Shown here: piece by piece, positions 26,101 to 35,100 of the stretch
Numbering within the stretch: position 1 is the stretch's first letter
How the letters are laid out: the number at the start of each line of letters is the position of its first letter
Assembly: GCF_963921235.1 (NCBI RefSeq)
Contig: NC_086107.1
Span: forward strand, 46,810,001 to 46,874,000
Direction of reading: 5' to 3'
Origin: Mobula hypostoma
Lineage: Eukaryota
Length of the DNA: 64,000 bases
Position numbers and translations under genes: made by a program
The notes under the pieces: model-generated
The model's database searches: none
The model's input: the letters and a program-made list of their open reading frames with translations, nothing else
What the model was told of the DNA's origin: nothing

Positions 26101-29100
26101 AGGTAAAGTGTTCATTGTGGGAAGTTCCTGAACTGAACATGTTTTACTTGAAGTCCATCATTCGGTAAATGTAGAATTTTACATTATTACACATGAGACA
26201 ATCATTAGTATTTGGAATGGTGAATTTGAGCTGTCGTCTACAAGCCGCCAGCCCATTTCAATTCTCTGTCAGTCTGCCACTTTCATTTCCTGGGTGCCCA
26301 AATCAAATAAATTTCCACATTTCTTTGGACAATAAAAGTACACTCAAAAAACCAAATACAGATCGGATTAAGCTTTGCAAAGTGAACATTTTCTGTCATT
26401 TGTAAATGAGTAAAGATGAGTAAAGATCAGTGGGATACTCATTTCCAGACTCTTTGGCACCTTACGATGAAATATGAGCATTTGTAGAAAGATCATGTGC
26501 TTTTCCCTTCGGCTCTGTCAGTGGTCCACTCTTCAAATATTCTAACCTAGGCTAGATTTTCATGGTAGATTCTGGTGCCATCTTCCATGCCTGAATATGC
26601 TTGTATTTGCTTTAGGCCTCCTTTGTGAGTACACAAATCATTTTCCCTTTAAAGGGAATGGAAAACAAGGGAGCATAGGTTTAAGTTGAGAGGAGATATC
26701 TGATATTAAAAGTGATCCCGATCTAGTTCAAGGTAAAAAGCCTGCAAAATTTAGCATCTCCATGAAGGGCTATTTTCCTAAGAAAATCAAAGTAACATGA
26801 TATAAAGATGGAAAGCCGCAAAAAAAGGTCATCCTGAGATTGCAGAAGATGATCTGAATTTATTAATTACAAGCATAAAGTTTACTCCAGCAAAAAATCA
26901 TGGCAGTTGTGTCAAATGTGAGCTGTTTCACGTAGAAAGAAAGAAAGTTCAAAAGAAATAATTCAAATTACACCTTCAAGGGAGGTCTTGTAGTAGATAG
27001 ATATAGATACTTAATTGATCCCAAAGGAATTTACAGTGTCAGAGTAGCATTAAAAGTGCAGAGAAAGAAATATTAGAATGGAAATAGAAAAAATAAAAAA
27101 TAAGTTACCTCAAACAGTCTAACAGGAGGGGGTCATTACCTACCCGCCGCTGGCTGACTCATTATTGATCCTAATGGCCGAAGGTAGAATGAATTTATAT
27201 AGCACTCTTGTAACAGAACAGTTGTCTTAGTCTATTACTAAAAAATTCTCCTCCATTCAGCCAAGGTCCATACAAAGGGTGAGAGTCATTGTCTAGAATT
27301 GCCATGATTTTTCGTAGTGTCCATTGTTCTACCACAGCCTCCCGTGTGTCCATTTAGACTACTATGACAGAGCCAACCTTTCTGAACAGTTCATTGAGCC
27401 TGATGGCATCACCCGTGTTGATGCCATTGCCCTAGCACACTACCACATAGAAGATTGTATGGCGACAGCAGACTGTTAGAACAGGTGAAAAGGAGGCCTG
27501 CATGCTCCAAAGGAGCTTAGTCTTCTCATGAGATAGAGGCGACCCTGGCCCTTCTTGTACACAGCCTCTGTGCTGGTGCTCCACTCAAGTCTGTTATCCA
27601 GGTGCACCCCCAGGTACTTGTAGGTCCTCAGCACAGCCACGTGTGTTCATGTGACACATTTCAATAAAGTTGTTATGGATGCAATGATCATTTATTTTAA
27701 ACTTAACAGGATCTTAATTTAACCATTTACTTCATATCAAACCTCACATTGACTGAAACTGTGTGTTTTTTTCCTAATGCTGTGGATAGATAATTCTAGG
27801 TGGTTACAGTTTAACATCTGGTTAGGTGAAATGATCAACGTTTTAAATTTCAAGAGCTAATTTGATTTGACTGATGTCAACTTTTATTAAACTACATTTT
27901 TTTTTACCTACAGACTCTGACTCTGCCCGTACGGAAGGTTCCAGAAGTTCCTCCTTTTCAAAAGGTACGTTTAATGTCAGAGAAATGTATATAATCTACA
28001 TCCTGAAATTCTTTTTTTTCCTCAACCAGCCAGGAAAACAGGAGTGCCCCAAAGAATGAATGACAGTTAAATGTTAGAACCCCAAAGCCGCCCCAGCTCC
28101 CCACTCTCAAGCACAAGCCTCCTCCATTAGCAAAAAAATCATCAGCCCCCTCCACTGAACACTCAAGCTTGCAGCAAAGCATCGATAAAGATACAGACTT
28201 GCAGTACCCCAAGTTCTACTCGTTCAGTTAATTCGATATACCACAGGCTCTCTCTCTCTCTCTCTGCCAAATAATGGAAAAAAGAGGTGTCCCTGTTTCA
28301 CAGCGAGAGGGGAGACCTAACAAACAATTTTCTGATTTTATGATGTTAAAAGTCCATTGCGTCACTTTTTCCGAGCTCTCTGCCCAAAGAGCTCGGGTCT
28401 CTGGGCACATAGCTCGGGTCTCTGGGCACATAGCCAGAGATCTTCCATCTCCCATGACACACCAATGGCAGCAGAGCAAAAGATGAAGGTAGAGTAATCA
28501 TTTTCGGAAGTTCCTGAACTGGACATGGTTTACTTGAAACACATTATTGGGTCAAAGTAGAATCTTATATTATTGCACATGAGATGTGCATTGGTATTTA
28601 GAATGGTGAATTTAAGCTGTTGTATACAAGCTGCCAGTCCATTTCAAAGCTCTTGTCAGTCTGCTGCCTTCATTTCTTGGGTGTCCATATCCAGTAAATT
28701 TCCACTGATCTTTAGATGATGACAAGAATACACTGAAAGAGCCAAATACAATCTGTTTAATCTTTACAAAATTAAATTTCTCATGTCATTTGTATACCTC
28801 CTGTTTCTCCTGATTGCCTAAGTAAATATCAATGAAGTAGTCATCTCCAAACAAACACTTGAGCACCTAACAGTGAGCTACTTTTCCCTTGTGGCTTTGT
28901 CATGTTGTCCACTCTTCAAATAGTCTAACGTGGGCTGGATTTTTATGATAGATTCTGGTGCCAACTTCCCGACATGAAAATGCTTGTAATCACTTTAGGC
29001 CTCCAATTTAAAACAAGATCACTTCCTTTCTCTTCCACAAGGAAATAAATACTGACTCTGTTGTCAAGAATCTTGTCGAGCATGCATCCCACGCTTTCAT

Positions 29101-32100
29101 CTGATGTGTATTTGTGACTTCTGCATTGATAAATAAACTCCCTTATCACTATCACTCTTCTCTAATGAATGGGATGGAGGGAATGAGTGTGGTTCAGATC
29201 CTGAAATGCTGACGAGGCAAGATGGGTAAACTAGCATGTGAGCCACTGTGTTGAGAATAGCTAGAAAGGAGAAGCATAGTCCAGATGAGTGTGTTTAGAG
29301 TGGATATGATATTTTTAGTGTCTCTATGAGAACATATCGGGTTGATATGTGAATAAGAAGGCATATTTGGCATGGTACCCTTCATCAGAGCATTGAATGT
29401 AGGGTGCTAGGGCATTGCATTACAGTTATACAAGATGTTGGTAATGCTGCACATGCAGTATTGTGCACAGCTTTGTTTACTCTCTTATAGAAAATGTAAC
29501 ATTGGCTGGAAAGATTGCAAAGCAGATTCATGAGAATGTTGCCAGGACTCAAGGGGGTGAGTTATAGGGAGAGGCGGAGCAGGCTAGGACTTCATTTGTG
29601 GTGTATCGGAAACTGAGAGGTGATCCAAGAGGTGTATAATATCATATGGGCATAGTCAGGATGAATGTATGAATCTTTTTCCCAACAAGGGAATGGAAAA
29701 ACTAGGGATCATTAAGAGGAGATATTTGATATTAAATTTTATTGTTGATTGAGCCTGTTGGCATCATCCATGTTGATGCCATTGTCCCAGCACACCACTG
29801 CATGGAAGATTGTACTGGTGACATTAGCCTGTTAGAATAGGTGAAAGAGACGCCAGCATATTCCAAAGGGCCTTAGTCTTCTCAAGAGGTAGAGGCCACT
29901 CTGGCCCTTCCAGGACACAGCCGCTGTGTTGGCACTCCACTCAAGTCTGTCATCCAGGTGCACCCCCAGGTACTTGTAGGTCCTCATCATCAATTGTAAC
30001 AGGGAGCAATGCAGAGCACCAATCTGTTCATGTGGCACATTTCAATAAAGTTGTTTTAGATGACATGATCATTTATTTTAAACTTAATAGAATATTAATT
30101 TAACTAATTACTTCATATCAAACCTCATATTGCCTGAAACGGAGCGTTTTTTTCCTATGCCATGAATAAATAATTCTAAGTGGTTGGAGTTGTTTAACAT
30201 ATGGTTGGATGAAATAATTAACGTTTGAAATTTACAATAGCCAATTTGATTTGACGAAACTGAGGTTTTCTTAAACCACTTTCTTTTTTACCTACAGACC
30301 ATACCTCTAAGAAAGATGGCAGCAGTAAAGAAAAAAAGGAAGGTAAAGTGTTCAATTTTGAAGTTCCTGAACTGGACATGTTTCACTTGAAGTCCATCAT
30401 TAGGTCAATGTCGAATTTTACATTATTACACATGAGACAATCATTAGTATTTGGAATGGTGAATTTGAGCTGTTATCTACAAGACGCCAGCCCATTTCAA
30501 TGCTCTGTCAGTCTGCCACCTTCATTTCCTGGGTGTCCAAATTGAATAAATTTCCACAGTTCTTTGGATGATAAAAGTATACTCAAAGAACCAAATACAG
30601 ATCCGATCAAGCTTTGCAAAAGTGAACTTTTTCTGTCGTTTGTATACCTCTTATTTCTCCTGATCAGATGAGTAAAAATCAGTGGGATACTCATTTCCAG
30701 ACTCTTTGGCAACTTACGATGAAATATGAGCATTTGTCGAAGGGTCATGCGCTTTTCCCTTCGGCTCTGTCAGTGGTCCACTCTTCAAATATTCTAACCT
30801 AGGCTAGATTTTCATGGTAGATTTCTGGTGCCATCTTCCATGCCTGAACATGGCTGTAATTGCTTTAGACCTCCATTGTGAGTGCACAAATCATTTTCCC
30901 TTGAAAGGGAATTGAAAACAAGAGAGCATAGGATTAAGTTGAGAGGAGATATCTGATATTAAAAGTGATCCCGAACTAGTTCAAGGTAAAAAGCCTGCAA
31001 CATTTAGCATCTCCATGAAGGGCTATTTTCCTAAGAAAATCAAAGTAACATGATATAAAGATGGAAAGGCGCAAAAAAAGGTCATCCTGAGATTGCAGAA
31101 GATGGTCTGAAATTATCAATTACAAGCATAAAGTTTACTCCAGCAAAAAAAGATCATGGGTGTTGTATCAAATGTGAGCTGTTTCACGTAGAAAGAAAGA
31201 AAGTTCAAAAGAAATAATTCAAATTACACCTTCAAGGGAGGTCTTGTAGTAGATAGATATAGATACTTAATTGTTCCCAAAGGAATTTACAGTGTCAGAG
31301 TAGCATTAAAAGTGCAGAGATAAAAATATTAGAATGGAAATAGAAAAAATAAAAAATAAGTTACCTCAAACAGTCTAACAGGAGGGGGTCATTACCTACC
31401 CGCCGCTGGCTGACTCATTATTGATCCTAATGGCCGAAGGTAGAATGAATTTATATAGCACTCTTGTAACAGAACAGTTGTCTTAGTCTATTACTAAAAA
31501 TTCTCCTCTGTTCAGCTAAGGTGCCATACAGAGAGTGAGAATCATTGACCAGAATTGCCATGATTTTTCGTAGTGTCCATTGTTCTACCACAGCCTCCCG
31601 TGTGTCCATTTAGACTACTATGACAGAGCCAACCTTTCTGAACAGTTCATTGAGCCTGATGGCATCACCCGTGTTGATGCCATTGCTCTAGCACACGATC
31701 ACATAGAAGATTGTATGGCGACAGCAGACTGTTAGAACAGGTGAAAAGGAGGCCTGCATGCTCCAAAGGAGCTTAGTCTTCTCATGAGGTAGAGGCGACC
31801 CTGGCCCTTCTTGTACACAGCCTCTGTGCTGGTGCTCCACTCAAGTCTGTTATCCAGGTGCACCCCCAGGTACTTGTAGGTCCTCAGCACAGCCACGTGT
31901 GTTCATGTGACACATTTCAATAAAGTTGTTATGGATGCAATGATCATTTATTTTAAACTTAACAAGATCTTAATTTAACCATTTACTTCATATCAAACCT
32001 CACATTGACTGAAACTGTGTGTTTTTTTCCTAATGCTGTGGATAGATAATTCTAGGTGATTACAGTTTAACATCTGGTTAGGTGAAATGATCAACGTTTT

Positions 32101-35100
32101 AAATTTCAAGAGCTAATTTGATTTGACTAATGTCAACTTTTATTAAACTACATTTTTTTTACCTACAGACTCTGACTCTGCCCGTACGAAAGGTTCCAGA
32201 AGTTCCTCCTTTTCAAAAGGTACATTTAATGTCAGAGAAATGTATACAATCTACATCCTGAAATTCTTTTTTTTCCTCAACCATCCAGGAAAACAGGAGT
32301 GCCCCAAAGAATGAATGACAGTTAAATGTTAGAACCCCAAAGCCGCCCCAGCTCCCCACTCTCAAGCACAAGCCTCCTCCATCAGCAAAAAAATCATCAG
32401 CCCCCTCCACTGAACACTCAAGCTTGCAGCAAAGCATCGATAAAGATACAGACTTGCAGTACCCCAAGTTCTACTCGTTCAGTTAATTCAATATACCACA
32501 GGCTCTCTCTCTCTCTCTCTCTGCCAAATAAGGGAATAAAGAGATGTCCCTGTTTCACAGCGAGAGGGGAGACCTAACAAACAATTTTCTGATTTTATGA
32601 TGTTAAAAGTCCATTGCGTCACTTTTTCCAAGCTCTCTGCCCAAAGAACTCGGGTTTCTGGGCACATAGCCAAAGATCTTTCATCTCCCACGACACACCA
32701 ATGGCAGCAGTAGAGCAAAAGATAAAGGTAAAGTAATCGTTTTGGGAAGTTCCTGAACTGGAAATGGTTTACTTGAAACACATTATTGGGTCAAAGTAGA
32801 ATCTTATATTATTGCACATGAGATGTGCATTGCTATTTGGAATGGTGAATTTAAGCTGTTGTATACAAGCTGCCAGTCCATTTCAATGCTCTTGTCTGTC
32901 TGCTGCCTTCATTTCTTGGGTGTCCATATCCAGTAAATTTCCACTGATCTTTAGATGATGACAAGAATATACTGAAAGAGCCAAATACAATCTGATTAAT
33001 CTTTACAAAACTAAATTTCTCATGTAATTTGTATACCTCCTGTTTCTCCTGATCGTATAAGTAAATATCAATGAAGTAGTCATCTCCAAACAAACACTTG
33101 AGCACCTAACAGTGAGCTACTTTTCCCTTGTGGCTTTGTCATGTTGTCCACTCTTCAAATAGTCTAACATGGGCTGGATTTTTATGGTAGATTCTGGTGC
33201 CAACTTCCCGACATGAAAATGCTTGTAATCACTTTAGGCCTCCAAATTTAAAACAAGATCACTTCCCTTCTCTTCCACAAGGAAATAAGTACTGACTCTG
33301 TTGTCAAGAATCTTGCCAAGCATGCATCTCACACTTTCATCTGATGTGTATTTGTGACTTCTGCATTGATAAATAAACTCCCTTATCACTATCACTCTTC
33401 TCTAATGAATGGGATGGAGGGAATGAGTGTGGTTCAGATCCTGAAATGCTGATGAGGGTAGACGAGTAAACTGGTATGTGAACCACTGTGTTGAGAATAG
33501 CTAGAAAGGAGAAGCATAGTCCAGATGAGTGTGTTTAGAGTGGATATGATATTTTTAATGTCTCTATGAGAACATAACAGGTAGATAGGTAAATAAGAAG
33601 GCGTATTTGGCATGATGGCCTTTCATCAGAGCATTGAATGTAGGGTGCTAGGGCATTGCATTACAGTTGTACAAGATGTTGGTAATGCTGCACATGGAGT
33701 ATTATGCACAGCTTTGTTTACTCTCTTATAGAAAATAAAACATTGGCCGGGAAGAATGCAAAGCAGATTTTTGAGAATGTTGCTAGGACTCAAGGGGGTG
33801 AGTTATAAGGAGAGACTGAGCAGGCTAGGACTTTAATTGTGGTGTATCAGAGACTGAGAGGTGATCCTAGTGGTGTATAATATCATATGGGCAAGGTCAG
33901 GATTAATGCATGAATCTTTTTTCCCATCAAAGGGAATGGAAAAACTAGGGAGCATTGGTTTAAGTTGAGAGGAGATATCTGATATTAAAAGTGATCCAGA
34001 ACTACTTCAAGCTAAATAGCCTGCAACACTTAGCATCTTGAATGGCTGTGTTCCTGCGAAAATCAAAGTAACGTGGTATAAAGATGGAAAGACGCAAAAA
34101 CAGGTCATCGTGAAATTGCAGAAGAATGTCTGATTTCATCAATTACAAGCATAATGTTTACACCAGCAAAAGCAGACCATGGGAGTTGTATCAAATATGA
34201 GGTGGTTCACAAAGAAAGAAAGTTCAAAAGAAAGAATTCAAATTACGCCTTCGAGGGAGAACCTGTTGTAGTAGATAGATATAGATACTTTATTGATCCC
34301 AAAGGAAATTGCAGTGTCAGAGCAGCATTAAAAGTGCACAGATATAAATATTAGAAGGGAAAAAGTTACCTCAAACAGTCTAACAGGAGGGGTTCATCAC
34401 TTACCCGGCTGTCGGCTGTCTCATTATAGAGCTTAATGGCCAAAGGTAGAATGACTTTATAATCGCGTTCTTTGGAGCAGCATGGTTGTCTTGGTGGATA
34501 TATGGAATGCTCTGCCCAGAAGGCTGTGGAGGCCAAGTCTCTGGATGCTTTCAAGAAAGAGATGGATAGAACTCTTAAAGATAGTGGAATCAAAGGTTAT
34601 GGGGATAAGGCAGGAACTGAATACTGGTTGTGGATGATCAGCCATGATCACAGTGAATGGCAGTGCTGGCTCGAAGGGCCGAATTGCCTACTCCTGCACT
34701 TATCGTCTATTGTCTATTGTCTTGGTCTATTACCCAAAGTTCTCCTCTGTTCAGCCAATGTGGCGTACAGAGGGTGAGAATCATTGTCCAGAATTTCCAG
34801 GCTTTTCTGTAGTGTCCTTTTTGACAGCCTGTAGTGTGTTTAGTTGGACACCTATGAAAGAGCCAGCCTTTCTAAACAGTTTATTGAGCCTGCTGTCATT
34901 GCCCGTGTTGATGACATCGTCCTAGCACATCACCACAGAGAAGATCGTACTGGCGACAACAGACTGGTAGAAGAAGTGAAGGAGAAACCTGTACGCTCCA
35001 AAGGACCTCAGTCTCCTCAAGAAGTAGAAGCGACTCTGGCCCTTCTTGGACGCAGCCTGTGTGTTCGTGCTCCACTCAAGTCTGTCATCCAGGTGTAGCC

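Larger units (their letters stand above)
25916..34400 (+). repeat. Tandem duplication of a ~4.25 kb block (25916-~30150 vs ~30157-34400)
   Basis: Paired mini-exons (26058/30298; 27914/32169), paired C1 pseudo-exons and paired TE fragments at an offset of ~4240-4255. Confidence 0.85.
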
